Assembly (NCBI GenBank): GCA_027493615.1
Contig: JAOSKK010000038.1
Location: forward strand, 1,005,562-1,069,561
Length of the DNA stretch: 64,000 bases
Source: Verrucomicrobiota bacterium
Lineage (GTDB): Bacteria; Verrucomicrobiota; Verrucomicrobiia; Limisphaerales; J093
Reading direction: 5' to 3'
How positions within the stretch are numbered: position 1 is the stretch's first letter; the number at the start of each line of letters is the position of its first letter. The position numbers were made by a program, and so were the translations under genes. The notes under the pieces were generated by a model. That model was not told where the DNA came from and did no database searches. It was given only the letters and a program-made list of their open reading frames with translations. Of this stretch, positions 12,471-23,325 are shown in pieces.

Positions 12471-13588
12471 TGAGGGTCGCAACGGCTGGCGGCTGGCAGG
12501 GCGGGTGGGGATTTGCGTGGTGCTCCTGGGCTGGGCCTTCCACACGATTTTTCTGCATGAAGGCCGCCTGGAGTGGGTGCGCCGCGGGGGACTGGGCCGC
12601 GTTGGGGCGATGGGCGCAGTGGCAGTTCGCCTGGGCGTTCGGCCCGAGCGCGCTGCTGCGGACGGTTTCGCTGATCCGGCCCTTCGAGGGGGCGCTGTCG
12701 CTGGTGTTCATGGGGGCGACGCTGTTTCTGGGGGCGCTGCGGTGGCATCTGGTGTTGCGCGCGCATCATCTGAGCGTGGCCTTCGGGCGGACGCTGGAGA
12801 TCTCGCTGGTGAGCCATTTCTTCAACGCTTTCCTGCTCGGGTCGACCGGAGGCGACCTGATGAAGGCGTACTGTGTGTCCGGCGAAACCGTCACGCGGAA
12901 GGCCGAGTCGGTGATCTCGGTGTTCGTTGACCGGCTGTTGGGGCTGCTCTCGATGCTGTTGTTTGCGGCGGCCATGATGGTGCCGAATCTGGCGCTGCTA
13001 CGGGGTTCGCCGCGGCTTGGCATGCTGGCGCTGGCGGCGCTGGGGATGCTGGCGGGCCTGCTGGCGGTGGGGGGCTTGTCGTTCCGCGCCGGGCTGTCAC
13101 GGCTCTGGCCGGGGGCGCGGGACTGGCTGCGGCGGTTACCCAAAGGCGAGAGCCTGGATCGCGCGCTCGAGGCCATGCGGCATTTCGGCCGGCAAAGGAC
13201 GTTGCTGGCGCAGACCGTCGGGCTGTCCATGCTGTTGAACCTGGCGTGTGTGCTGCAGATCTGGGCGCTGGCGCGGGGATTGGGGCTCGAGGTGCCGTTT
13301 CGGGCGTTGGCGGTGCTGGTGCCCATCATCATCTGCGTGGCCGCCCTGCCGATCACGCCGAGCGGGCTCGGGGTGCGGGAGAATCTCTACGTGTGGACCC
13401 TGTCGGTCCCGGCCCTGGGCGTACCAGCCACCGCCGCCCTGTCGCTGTCGTTGCTCGCCTTCGCGGGTTTCCTGGTATGGAGCCTGGTGGGGGGCGCATT
13501 CTATCTGCGGTTCCGCCGGGCGCGAGCCCACGCCGGCAGCGGGCTGGCGAGGCCGGAGCGGGAGACGGGCTTGGGCGTGTCGCAGTGA
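12470..13588 (+). CDS. Lysylphosphatidylglycerol synthase TM-domain (UPF0104 flippase-like) membrane protein; N-terminus probably frameshifted
   Basis: LRWHLVL, FFNAFLLGSTGGD, VDRLLG, LPITPSGLGVRE. Confidence 0.85.
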   Translation: MRVATAGGWQGGWGFAWCSWAGPSTRFFCMKAAWSGCAAGDWAALGRWAQWQFAWAFGPSALLRTVSLIRPFEGALSLVFMGATLFLGALRWHLVLRAHHLSVAFGRTLEISLVSHFFNAFLLGSTGGDLMKAYCVSGETVTRKAESVISVFVDRLLGLLSMLLFAAAMMVPNLALLRGSPRLGMLALAALGMLAGLLAVGGLSFRAGLSRLWPGARDWLRRLPKGESLDRALEAMRHFGRQRTLLAQTVGLSMLLNLACVLQIWALARGLGLEVPFRALAVLVPIIICVAALPITPSGLGVRENLYVWTLSVPALGVPATAALSLSLLAFAGFLVWSLVGGAFYLRFRRARAHAGSGLARPERETGLGVSQ

Positions 13589-13594
13589 CTTCCG

Positions 13595-14946
13595 ATGACA
13601 ACTCCGACGTCGGCCGAGCGACGGCGTGAACAGGCGCGGGCGGTGGTGGCGCGGCTGCAAGCGGCGGGACACGCGGCGTTCTGGGTCGGCGGCTGTGTGC
13701 GGGATCGCTGGCTGGGGCGGGAGCCACTGGATTATGACGTGGCGACCTCGGCCCGCCCAGCGGAGATCGAGGCGCTGTTTTGCCGCACGATTCCGGTGGG
13801 TCGGCAGTTCGGCGTGGTGATCGTGGTGCTGGAGGGCTTTGAGTACCAGGTGTCCACGTTCCGCGCCGAGGGACCGTATGAAGACGGGCGCCGGCCCAGC
13901 ACGGTGCAGTTCACCGACGCTCGCGAGGACGCCTTGCGTCGTGATCTCACGGTCAACGGTCTCTTCTACGACCCGATTCGTGACACCCCTGCACGATTGG
14001 GTGGGTGGACTCGACGATCTCCGGGCGGGGCTGATCCGGACGATCGGGGATCCGGAGGCAAGATTGGGGGAAGATTCCCTGCGGCTGCTGCGGGTGCCGC
14101 GGTTTGCGGCGCAACTGGGGTTCAAGGTCGAGGCCGCGACCCTGGCGGCGGTGCGCGCCCGGGCCGCCGAGATCCGGCGCGTGAGTGCCGAACGGATCCG
14201 GGACGAGCTGGAAGCTGTTCGCGCCCCCTCATGCGGCGGTCGGCCTCGAGTGGTTGCGGCAGACGGGCTTGCTGGTCGAGGTGTTGCCTGAAGTGGCAGC
14301 CTTCGAGACCTGCGAACAATCACCCGAGTACCACCCGGAAGGCACGGTCTACGAACATGTGCGGCGGATGTTGGCGCTGATGCCTTGTCCGGCGCCCGAA
14401 CTGCTGCCGTGGGCGGTGCTGCTGCACGACGTCGGGAAGCCCGGGACTGCCGAGCGTGACGCGGCGTCGGGGAGCATCCACTTCTATGGGCATGACCGGC
14501 TCGGAGCCGAGTTGACGGAGGCCGTGATGACCCGGCTCCGGTTCTCGCGCCAGCAGGTGGAGGACACGGTCGCCGCAGTGCGGCATCACATGCAGTTCAA
14601 GGATGTGGCGCAGATGCGACGTTCGACCCGGCGGCGCATGATTCTGCGGCCGACCTTTGCACTCGAGCTCGAGCTGCACCGGCTGGATTGTCTCGGGTCG
14701 CACGGTTCGCTGGAAAGCTACGAACTCATGCGGCGCGAGGTCGAGGCGATGCAGCTCCCACCCACGGGCCTGCCTTCGCTCGTGAATGGTCGGGACCTGA
14801 TTGCGCTCGGGCTGAAGCCGGGACCCGCGATGGGGACGTTGTTGGCCGAGATCCGCGAGCGGCAGTTGCAGGAGGAATTGAGGACGCGGGACGACGCCCT
14901 GGCCTGGGTGAAGGACAGGCTGGGCGCGGATCAGGGCCAGAGTTGA
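13595..14946 (+). CDS. CCA-adding/poly(A) polymerase-family nucleotidyltransferase with HD domain, two frameshifts
   Basis: VGGCVRD, DYDVAT, DALRRDLTVN, DSLRLLR, ERIRDEL, LLHDVGK. Confidence 0.88.
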
Positions 14947-14966
14947 CGGGTCCTCCGCAACAAGCT

Positions 14967-15037
14967 GTAGGGGCCGACGTGAGGAGGCGAAGTGGTGCTT
15001 CTTCTGGCCCACGACGCCTCCTCACGTCGGCACCTAC
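14967..15037. repeat. GTAG-type REP-like element (family A)
   Basis: GTAGGGGCCGACGTGAGGAGGCG ... CGCCTCCTCACGTCGGCACCTAC between convergent genes. Confidence 0.9.
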
Positions 15038-15063
15038 GGTGGGGATAGAGTAGGGGCGGTCGG

Positions 15064-16562
15064 TTATCCCCGTGCGGCGGCCGTGGCCCAGGGCGCCTGC
15101 TTGAGAGCGGCTTCCTTTTCCCGCAGCTTGAAGAGGCGCCGGGCGTTCTCGTGCATGATCGGGTCCACGAGCGCCAGGGCCTCGGCCAGGCTGAGCCAGC
15201 CTTCCTCGACGAGTTCGGCCAGGGCTCAACGCGATGCCGCGGCGCGCCAGGGCGGCGTGGCCGACCACGGGCTCGACGGGGATGTAGTCGCCGCCGAAGG
15301 TGAGGAGCTTGTTGGCGGGGGCGGTGACAAGGAACTTCTTGAGGAAATCTTTCGATGCGAGGGGATTGATGATCCAGGCCCAGCACAGGTCCACGCAGGC
15401 GTTGGCGTGCTGTTTGGCGGCGGCGATGATGTCTTCGTAGTAGGGATAGCAGATGTGCATGAAGACGAACGTGACCTGCGGGGCGAGCCGGCAGAGGTCG
15501 GTGGCCGAGCCGGGGTTGCGGGCGAGCCGGTGCAGGGGCATGGAGTTGTGCCCGGCGTAGTAGCCGGTGTGGAGTTTCACGGGCAGCCCTGCCTTGCCGG
15601 CCTCGTCCACCGCCTGCCAGAAAAGGTGGTCTTCGAGCAGCTTGCGGTCCTCGGCGGAGACGCGCTCGCGGGCGAGGACGCGACGGAAGACAGGCTCGGC
15701 TTGTTCGGCCGGGACACGTGCGTAGTCGATGTCGCGGCTGTACGCGTGTTGGGACTTGGCGGCGACGGCGTGGCGGCCGTAACGGTCGAACCACCAGGTG
15801 ATGACGCGGTGCCAGTCGGCGAGGGATTGGACGTCGATGCCGGCGGGCTCGGCGTAGGTCTTGAAGTTCGGGCCGGCGAACATGCCGACGATGCTGAGGT
15901 CCTGCATGAGGAGGGTGGGCAGGCCGGATTCCTTGAAGGGCTCGCCGGTGAGGCAGTTGACCTGGCAGGACTCGAGGTTGGCCACGCCACGGAGGACGTG
16001 TTCGTAGAAGCCGGGGCGGCGCAGGCGCTCGTACCCCTCCTGCGCCTGGCGCACCGTGGCGGCGGAAAGGTCCGTGACGCCGTAGAGGCTGTTCGAGGGC
16101 GATGCGCACCGCCTGGGCATAGCCGGTGTGTTTGACGGCCGGCCACCAGGGTTCGAGCAGCCGCCATTTCTCGTCGGGCTCGATCCCAGGGGACAGGAAC
16201 CGCTTGAGGTCGGCGGCGGGCATGCCGGCGGTGGCGAGGTCTGAGTCCAGGTAATGGCTGAAGAGGAGCGCGAAGTCATCGCACGGCACCCGGGGATGGG
16301 CGGTGCCCTGGAGCCGGTCGGTTTCCTCGATCAGATGCTCGTGGGTGTCGATGAAAGGCGTGGCCTGGACCTTGTCAAAGAGGGCGCGGCGGGCGGCAGC
16401 CGTGGAACGGGCGTTGCGCGGTCAGGGCGGCGTTGGGCGAGGCGGTACGGCAGGCGCGGTGGCGGCGGTGGCGGCGGTCGAAGGGCCGAGGGCGGCGAGG
16501 GCGCCAGTGGCACCCAGGCCCTTGAGGAGGTCGCGGCGGGTGACGGGAAGGGAGGGTTTCAT
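15064..16562 (-). CDS. Tat-exported amidohydrolase-family protein, several frameshifts
   Basis: TRRDLLKG Tat motif, IDTHEH, VKLHTG, FMHICYP, FGGDY. Confidence 0.8.
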
Positions 16563-16626
16563 GGGTTGAAGCGCGCGGGTGTTGAAGCCATGAGGTTGAG
16601 GCAGGGGGTGCTGGCAGGGCGGAGCC

Positions 16627-17785
16627 TCAGGGCCGGACCGTGCGGCAGCCGTGCGGCGGCCCGATGATCTGGACGAGCGCCTGCTGCAGGACCAGGTCGT
16701 CGTCCAGCCCGCTGCCGACGAGGCGCTGGTTGCACGCGAGGAGGGTTTCCATGGCGGCGACCAGTTTCGGGGGCGGTGTAGTTCGCGGTTTGCAGGAGGG
16801 CCTTAGCCACCGAAAGGATGCATGGCGGCGGGGTTGTAGCGTTTGTCGGCGGGCAGAAGGTCGGGGGGCAGGCGGGCGAGCTGACCTTTGAGGCGGTGGT
16901 ACTCGGGCTGGGCGGGGAGCTGCCCGCCGCGCACGAGTTCCTGGAGCAGCAGGAGGGTGCGCACCTTGGAGATGAGCCCGTAGAGAGGAGGCCGATATGG
17001 CTCTTGTTGCGGTCCACCTTGAGCCGGATCTCCCACAAGTCTTCGTCCAGCGCGCGGAGGGCCCGGACGAGGTCGCGGTCGCCGAGTGCCTCGCCGAGAC
17101 CGAAGGCCTGGGCGTGTTTGTTCGGCGCGACCAGGCGTGTGACGGCGTCGAGGGTGATCTCCGGCTGGTTCCCGACGAAGAGGGTGAGCTTCTCGACCTC
17201 GTTGCTCAACTGGCGGAGCTGCGGGCCGACGGCGGCGACCAGGCGGCCGAGGGCATCCGCGGCGATGCGTTTGCCGCGGGCGGCCACTTCGCGGTGCACG
17301 AACCGCTCGGCCTGTTCCGCCCAGTCCTTGTCCTCGAAAGACAAGCCGGCGTACTCCTCGACCTGCCCCAGCGTGTCGAGGGTCTTGTAGAAGGTCCGGC
17401 GTTTGTCGACCTTCCCGGCGCTGACCAGGAGCTGCACGCCCTCCCAGCGAAAGGCCTTCAGCTCCCCGGCGAGGTCGGTGAGGTTGGCGGTCACCGCGGC
17501 GGTGCTGGCGGTGCGTTCGTCGCCGAGGAAGTTGCAGCTTTGGAACCAGATGACCTTGCGCGAGCCGAAGAAGGGGAGGGTCTGGAGGGCTTCGCGGAGT
17601 TTGGCCAGGGCGCGCAGGGCCTGGTCGCTGTTGGCGGCCGCGGCGTCGATGATCTCGTGGTCCATCCCGCCCGCCTGCTCGCACCATTGACGGTAGAGCT
17701 GCCGGGCCCGCTGCTGGACCGCGAAGTCATCGTCGCCACAGACGAGCACCAACGGGGCGGCAGGGTTCCGGGCGGCGGGAGGCAC
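16627..17785 (-). CDS. holA: DNA polymerase III delta subunit, C-terminal frameshifts
   Basis: LVCGDDDF, LQTLPFFG, KVDKRRTFYK, LSNEVEKL, AFGLGEALG. Confidence 0.85.
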
Positions 17786-17811
17786 GGGGGCAGCGGGCGG
17801 GGCGACGGCGC

Positions 17812-18269
17812 TCAGGTGGATTCGGCGTCGTCGTTGTTCTCGTTCATCTTGGCCAGCATCTCGGACATGTCCTCGACCTGGTCGAAGAGGCGGCGGGCGA
17901 CGTAGATGGGGCGCTTGCGGGCGGTGGCGAGGGCGAGGCAGTCACTCGGACGGGCGTCGACCTCGACGATCTTCTTTCCGAGTTCGTTCTCCTGCTTGAG
18001 GATGAGGCGGGCGAAGTAGGTCGAGTTGCGGAGTTCGGTGATGACGACGCGCTCGATGGAGATGCCGAACCCCTCGAAGATGAGGGCGATGAGGTCGTGG
18101 GTGAGCGGCCGTTCCTTGGGGCGTCGCGCAGGAACATGCTGATCACCATGCCCATGTTGTTCTCGACCTGGATCACGAACACCTTCTCGTCGTTGCCCAC
18201 GAAAATCGCGCAGCCGGTGGGGGCCGGCAGGATGCCGCGAATGTCCACTGGCACGACGTCATTCTTCAT
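17812..18269 (-). CDS. Bifunctional nuclease family (DUF151), frameshift near 18120
   Basis: RPLTHDL, TYFARLIL, VDARPSDCLALA. Confidence 0.88.
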
Positions 18270-18275
18270 GGGGAG

Positions 18276-18304
18276 AAATTAGGAGCGGGGACGGGAAAAG
18301 ACAA
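18276..18304 (-). promoter_or_regulatory. Putative leaderless sigma70 promoter of the DUF151 gene
   Basis: TTGTCT-N17-TAATTT-N6-ATG. Confidence 0.5.
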
Positions 18305-18323
18305 GCCTCGGTCCCCGCCAAGG

Positions 18324-18351
18324 CAATGGGGTCAAACATTGACATTTGACA
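18324..18351. repeat. Solo 28-bp arm of inverted-repeat element (family C)
   Basis: CAATGGGGTCAAACATTGACATTTGACA, identical to 38655-38682. Confidence 0.85.
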
Positions 18352-18589
18352 ATTTGCGTTCCGGGCGGAGTGGGAGGGGCAGGTGGGGAGGCTTCACGTA
18401 CGGTTTGAGCGGGAACGCGCAACTGGATTTCGGCTGCAAGTTCGGGGTCACGGAGTCCGCGCCGGACCTCAATCCGTTCCTCGGTGTGACCTTCCGGTTC
18501 TGACCTGGGTGGTTTCCATCCTGTTCGGCCGCCGCGCGCGTGCCGGCGCTTCACCACGCCGGGGGTAGGCTGGGGATCTCACACCTGCT

Positions 18590-18647
18590 GCAGGCGCCGA
18601 CGTGAGGAGGCTCAACCGGATGTGAGTCTCGTGACCTCGACTCCTAC
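18590..18647. repeat. REP-like element (family A variant)
   Basis: GCAGGCGCCGACGTGAGGAGGC with a divergent right arm GTCTCGTGACCTCGACTCCTAC. Confidence 0.7.
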
Positions 18648-18791
18648 CGGCTGTCGCGGTTTCAGGCCAAGGATGAAGCGTCCGGGCCAGGAAGGGGGCT
18701 GCTGCCGACCTTGACACGGCATTTACGTGTCGCGGACACTGCGCGCCATCACACCGTGTTCAGTGAAGCACCATTCTGACCCGAGCCGCGC

Positions 18792-20131
18792 ATGGGACCT
18801 GTCTCCTCCTCCTCCTCACCGTCGGCGGTGTCCGACAAGGGCATTCTGGCTGGCGTGACGGCCTATCACTGGCTGGTGGTGATCATCGCGTCGGCCGGCT
18901 GGCTGTTCGACTGCATGGATCAGCGGCTGTTCATCCTCTGCCGCGAGGCGGCGCTCACCGAATTGATGGGGAGCGAGACGGCACGGGAGACGGTCAAGAA
19001 GTTCGGCGGGTACGCGACGACGGTCATGATGCTGGGCTGGGCCACGGGCGGCATCATCTTCGGGATCATGAGTGACCGGGCGGGGCGGGTGAAGACGATG
19101 ATCGCCACGTTGCTGGTCTATTCCGGGCTTCACGGGTTTGTCCGGCTGTGCCCAGGGCTGGGGGATTTCATCGCGTACCGCTTTCTGGTGGGGTTGGGGT
19201 GGGCGGGATGTTTGGAGCGGCCACCACGCTGGTGGCGGAGAGTGTGCCGGGGAGTTTCCGGGCGGTGGCGCTCGGGTCGCTACAGGCGCTGTCGGCCACG
19301 GGCAACATCACAGGGTCGCTGATCAGCTATCTGATTCCGCCGGGCCAGGCCGAGTTCCTGTTCGGTTTCTCCGGCTGGCGGGTGTTGTTTTTCGTGGGGA
19401 TTTTGCCCTCGCTCCTGGTGGTTCCGATGATCTTCATCCTCAAGGAACCGGAGCCCTGGAAGCGCGCGCGGGAGGCGGCGCGGCGCGGGGAGCCTGGGAA
19501 GCAAGCCGGTTCGCTGGTCGAGTTATTGAGTCACCCGGTGTGGCGGCGTCACGCGATTGTGGGCCTGCTGATTGGGCTGTCCGGCATGGCGGGGTTGTGG
19601 GGCATCGCCTTCTTCTCGCCCGAACTGATCTCGACGGCACTGGCCAACGAGCCACTGGCGGAGGTCGACCGGGTGAGGAGTCTGGGGACGGCGTGGCAGG
19701 ATGTGGGGGCGTTTCTGGGGATGATTGCGTTCACCTACGTGGCGTCGCGGCTGTCGCGTCGCCTGGCGTTTCTGGGTGCGCTGCTATTCTGCTGGGTGGT
19801 CGTGTCGTTCGTGTTTTCCGCCCTGCAGACGAAGACGGACGCCTACTGGATGTTGCCCTTGATGGGGTTCGCGACGCTGTCGGTGTTCGCCGGGTACTCG
19901 ATCTACTTTCCCGAGCTGTTCCCGACGCGGCTGCGGGGGACGGGCGTGGGCTTTTGCTACAACACGGTGCGCTATGTTGCGGCGCCGGTCCCGGCCCTGC
20001 TGGGCCATTTGGCTGAATGGACGGGCTCGTTCCGCTACGCAGCCGTGGCGATGGCGAGCGTGTATCTGATCGGGGTGGTGGCGTTGATCTGGGCGCCGGA
20101 GACCAAAGGCAAGCCGCTGCCGGAGGATTGA
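18792..20131 (+). CDS. MFS transporter, frameshifts at about 19130-19200
   Basis: GWLFDCMDQ, SDRAGRVK, YFPELFPTRLRGTG, PETKG. Confidence 0.9.
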
Positions 20132-20141
20132 ACTGCCGCGT

Positions 20142-21527
20142 TCAGTCTTCCGGCAGGCCTTGGCCCTTGGTTTCGGGGGCGAAGGGCAGGGCGGCCAACC
20201 CGATGAGAAACACGGCGCACAGGGAGATGCCCGCGTAGCGCAAGGGGAGGAGCCCGGGCAGGTGCCCGAACACCTTGCTGGTGAGCAAGCCCAGCGTGAG
20301 TGGTCCGGCGGCGGCCACGAAGCGGCCGACGTTATAACAGAACGACACGCCGGTGCTGCGCAAGCGGGTCGGGAACAACTCGGGAAAGTAGATGGCGTAG
20401 CCGGCGAACAGCCCGAACTGGCCGAACGCCATGAGGGGGACCAACCAGAAGAGGTCGCTCTGCTGCCGGATCAAGGCGAAGCCCAAGGCGGTGCAGACCA
20501 GCGCCAGGACGAACGCGAGGCCGAAGGACGGTCGCCGGCCAATCCGCTCGTTGAGGATGCTGAACGTCCACATCCCGGCGAAGGCGCCGACGTTGATCAT
20601 GATGCTGGCGATGCCGGCCCAGAGGTTCAGCTTCCCCGCCACGACCGCGGGCGCCAGGCCCTGCGCTTCGAACGTCTGCCGAAGCACCGCCCGGATCAGG
20701 TCGATGCTGAAGAACAGGATGCCCCATAGCCCCACCACGCCGGCAAACGCCAGCAGAAAGCCGATCAGCGCGTGCCGGCGCCAGCGCGGATGGCCGAACA
20801 GCTCTGCGTAGGACCCGGCGCGGTGCAGCTTCGTCGCCGGGGCGGTCATGACCTGTTGCCAGCGTTCGGGCTCCTTGAGTCGCCGTCGGATGAACACGGC
20901 CAGGAAGGCGGGCAGGGCGCCGATCAAGAACATCACGCGCCAGGCATCCCACGTTCCGAGGTGACCGGCCTGTTCGAGCCAGCCCATGCTCATGCTGATC
21001 AACGCCGCGGTGACGTTGCCCACCGTCGAGAGCGTCTGCAGCAGACCCAGGGCGTAAGGCCGCGCCCGGTCGGGCATCGTCTCCGCCACCAGCGCCACCC
21101 CCACCGCCCACTCGCCTCCCACGCCCAGCCCGGTCAGGAAGCGGTAGAAGGCGAAATCCCAGAACCCCACCGAAGCCGCGCTGAGCCCCGTGCAGATCGA
21201 GTAGATCAGGATCGTGAGCAGCATCGTCCTGGCGCGGCCGATCCGGTCGCCGAGGATGCCAAAACCCAGCCCGCCGGCCGCCCCCCCCACCAGGAAGATC
21301 GCCGTCGCGTAGCCGCCGTACTCCGTCACGACCCGCATGTCGGCGGTCCCCAGCAAGTCCTTCATCGCCGGCACGCGGGCGATGTTGAAGAGCTGTTGAT
21401 CGAGGCAGTCGAAGAGCCACCCGAGGGCGGCGACGACGAGGACGAACCAGTGATAGCGGTTGAGGCAACGCCACCACGCAGGGCGACGCGAAGGATCCGG
21501 CGACGCCGGAGGATTCGCAGACAGCAT
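20142..21527 (-). CDS. MFS transporter, paralogue of the preceding gene
   Basis: GWLFDCLDQ, GDRIGRAR, YFPELFPTRLRSTG, PETKG. Confidence 0.93.
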   Translation of the reverse strand: MLSANPPASPDPSRRPAWWRCLNRYHWFVLVVAALGWLFDCLDQQLFNIARVPAMKDLLGTADMRVVTEYGGYATAIFLVGGAAGGLGFGILGDRIGRARTMLLTILIYSICTGLSAASVGFWDFAFYRFLTGLGVGGEWAVGVALVAETMPDRARPYALGLLQTLSTVGNVTAALISMSMGWLEQAGHLGTWDAWRVMFLIGALPAFLAVFIRRRLKEPERWQQVMTAPATKLHRAGSYAELFGHPRWRRHALIGFLLAFAGVVGLWGILFFSIDLIRAVLRQTFEAQGLAPAVVAGKLNLWAGIASIMINVGAFAGMWTFSILNERIGRRPSFGLAFVLALVCTALGFALIRQQSDLFWLVPLMAFGQFGLFAGYAIYFPELFPTRLRSTGVSFCYNVGRFVAAAGPLTLGLLTSKVFGHLPGLLPLRYAGISLCAVFLIGLAALPFAPETKGQGLPED

Positions 21528-21598
21528 GTTCAAACCCGCCAGCGTAGCCGGGGTCGGGCGTGAGTCAAAAGGCGGCGCCGGCTCACGTCGGTCGGCGC

Positions 21599-22771
21599 TC
21601 AGATCTTGCCGAGGACGCCTTCGACGACCCGTTTGAAGAGGTTCTCGCCCACGTTGACGATGCGCATCTCGCGGCGGGCATTTTCGACCGAGTCACTCGC
21701 GTGGGCCGCGTTTACCATGATGTTCGAACCGAACTCGCGCCGGATCGAGCCCGGCGGCGCCTTGGTCGGGTCAGTGGGGCCGAGGACGTCGCGGATCTTG
21801 GCGACGGCGTTGACGCCTTCGTAGATGAGGGCGATGCACTTCTCGGTGCCGGGCGAGGTCATGAGCGAGGGATCGCACTCGCTGGGGCTGCGGCCGGCCA
21901 TGAAGCGGACGATGTTCTCGAACTGGTTTTCGCCGAACACCGGGCCGAGCACCTCACCCAGCTTCTTCTGCTCGGACAGCGGGATGCGGAAGCCCAGCTC
22001 CTTTTCCAGGATGTCCCGCGCCCGGTTGGCGACGACGTCCTGGAGCTTCGTGCGCAGAATCTCGCGGACGGGGCCGTAAAACTCCATGGCCTGGGCCACG
22101 CTCATCTGGTGCAGCTTGATGCCGACGATGAACAGGCCCGTGCGCGAGAAGAAGTCGATCATGTTGCCCGGACGTCCCGAGGCGAACCGGAAGTTGTCGG
22201 GCTTGAGCAGCACCAGCGTCCGCTCGGGCTTCTCCTCGGGCTCGTAGGTGACGACGTCCTCGAGCACGCCGCCGTCGGCGTCGGAGTGCTTGGCCCAGAT
22301 GCGCAGCTTGGCCACGGCCTCGTCCGGCGTGGGCGCGGCAAGGACGGCGGGTTCGAAGTACCGGACGTTGTCCTGCTCGTCCAGGATGAGGTCGCCGTAG
22401 GTCTCCCGGATGGTCTGACCCCCGCGGCGGTGGAGGCTGAAGCTGCCCACGACGCTGCGGACCTGCCGGACGGCATCCTCGCCCTTGAACAGGAGCAGCA
22501 TGACGCGTCGCCGGCGGCCGGACTTGGGGTCGGGGCTGAACTGCGCGAGGACGTAATCGCGGATGAGCTCCTGAATCCGGCGGTCCTGGGGGTCATGGGT
22601 GGAGACGACCTGCTCGGCGTACTCGCGCACGAGCTCGGGGCCGGGGGCAAACATCCGGGCAGCCACCAGGTCGACGTTCGTCCGGGCAATCAGCCGGGCA
22701 ATAATCCCCCCCGTGCGGGACTTGTGGAGGGAGTGGGGGGTAATGAGGGCGTAGGCGAGCTGTTCGGGCAT
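21599..22771 (-). CDS. ndk: Long two-domain nucleoside diphosphate kinase
   Basis: ERTLVLLKPD, GPTDPTKAPPGSIRREFG, NAAHASDS in the C-terminal domain; NDK-like N-terminal domain (TIRETYG). Confidence 0.85.
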   Translation of the reverse strand: MPEQLAYALITPHSLHKSRTGGIIARLIARTNVDLVAARMFAPGPELVREYAEQVVSTHDPQDRRIQELIRDYVLAQFSPDPKSGRRRRVMLLLFKGEDAVRQVRSVVGSFSLHRRGGQTIRETYGDLILDEQDNVRYFEPAVLAAPTPDEAVAKLRIWAKHSDADGGVLEDVVTYEPEEKPERTLVLLKPDNFRFASGRPGNMIDFFSRTGLFIVGIKLHQMSVAQAMEFYGPVREILRTKLQDVVANRARDILEKELGFRIPLSEQKKLGEVLGPVFGENQFENIVRFMAGRSPSECDPSLMTSPGTEKCIALIYEGVNAVAKIRDVLGPTDPTKAPPGSIRREFGSNIMVNAAHASDSVENARREMRIVNVGENLFKRVVEGVLGKI

Positions 22772-22784
22772 AGACAAGGGAAGG

Positions 22785-23071
22785 TTAAGAGTTCGCGGGG
22801 GCTGGAGGCGGTGTTTCGCTGGCCGGGGCAGAGGGTTCAGGGGCGGGCGGGGCAGGCGGAGGTGGAGGCTCAGGGGCTGGGGCAGCCGCCGCCGGGGCAG
22901 GGCGGCGGCTGCGGGCGGCAAGGACGCTTTGCCACCCAGGATCTTGAACATCACCACCCCGCAGGTGGGACATCGACCCTTGATCGCCTTGCGGCCGTTC
23001 TTCATAACCTCCTCGACAGCATCGGCGATCTCCTTCTTGGCTTTGCATTTTACGCAGTAACCTTCAGGCAT
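22785..23071 (-). CDS. Small zinc-ribbon protein (DUF5679-like) with Pro/Ala-rich tail, one frameshift
   Basis: YCVKCK...MKNGRKAIKGRCPTCG; the tail PAPAAAAPAPEPPPP ends at the TAA at 22785. Confidence 0.8.
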
Positions 23072-23325
23072 AAGAAAGCGCCAGAGAGGCCGCTTCTGGC
23101 GGCCTCTCTGTAACCGGTTCGGAGGTTATGGGTGGGGTCTGCGGAGCGTCAACAGCGAAAGCGACCGCCCCTTCCAGGGTTGTGTCAATATGGCGCAGCA
23201 AAGCCGGGTTCTCTCGGGCGCGTCGTGAGGCGCCGATCCGGTTGCCGAGCGGGAAGGCCGTGTCGAACTCCGCTTCAGCGTTGCATCCCGGCGTGGAGGC
23301 GGTTCAATCGCCGCACCGCGCGAAG

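Noticed and set aside
21599-23071. Zinc-ribbon-NDK fusion (490-aa ORF)
   Set aside because: The linker reads as an out-of-frame Pro-rich tail. One indel restores a separate gene ending at 22785, and ndk has its own ATG at 22771.
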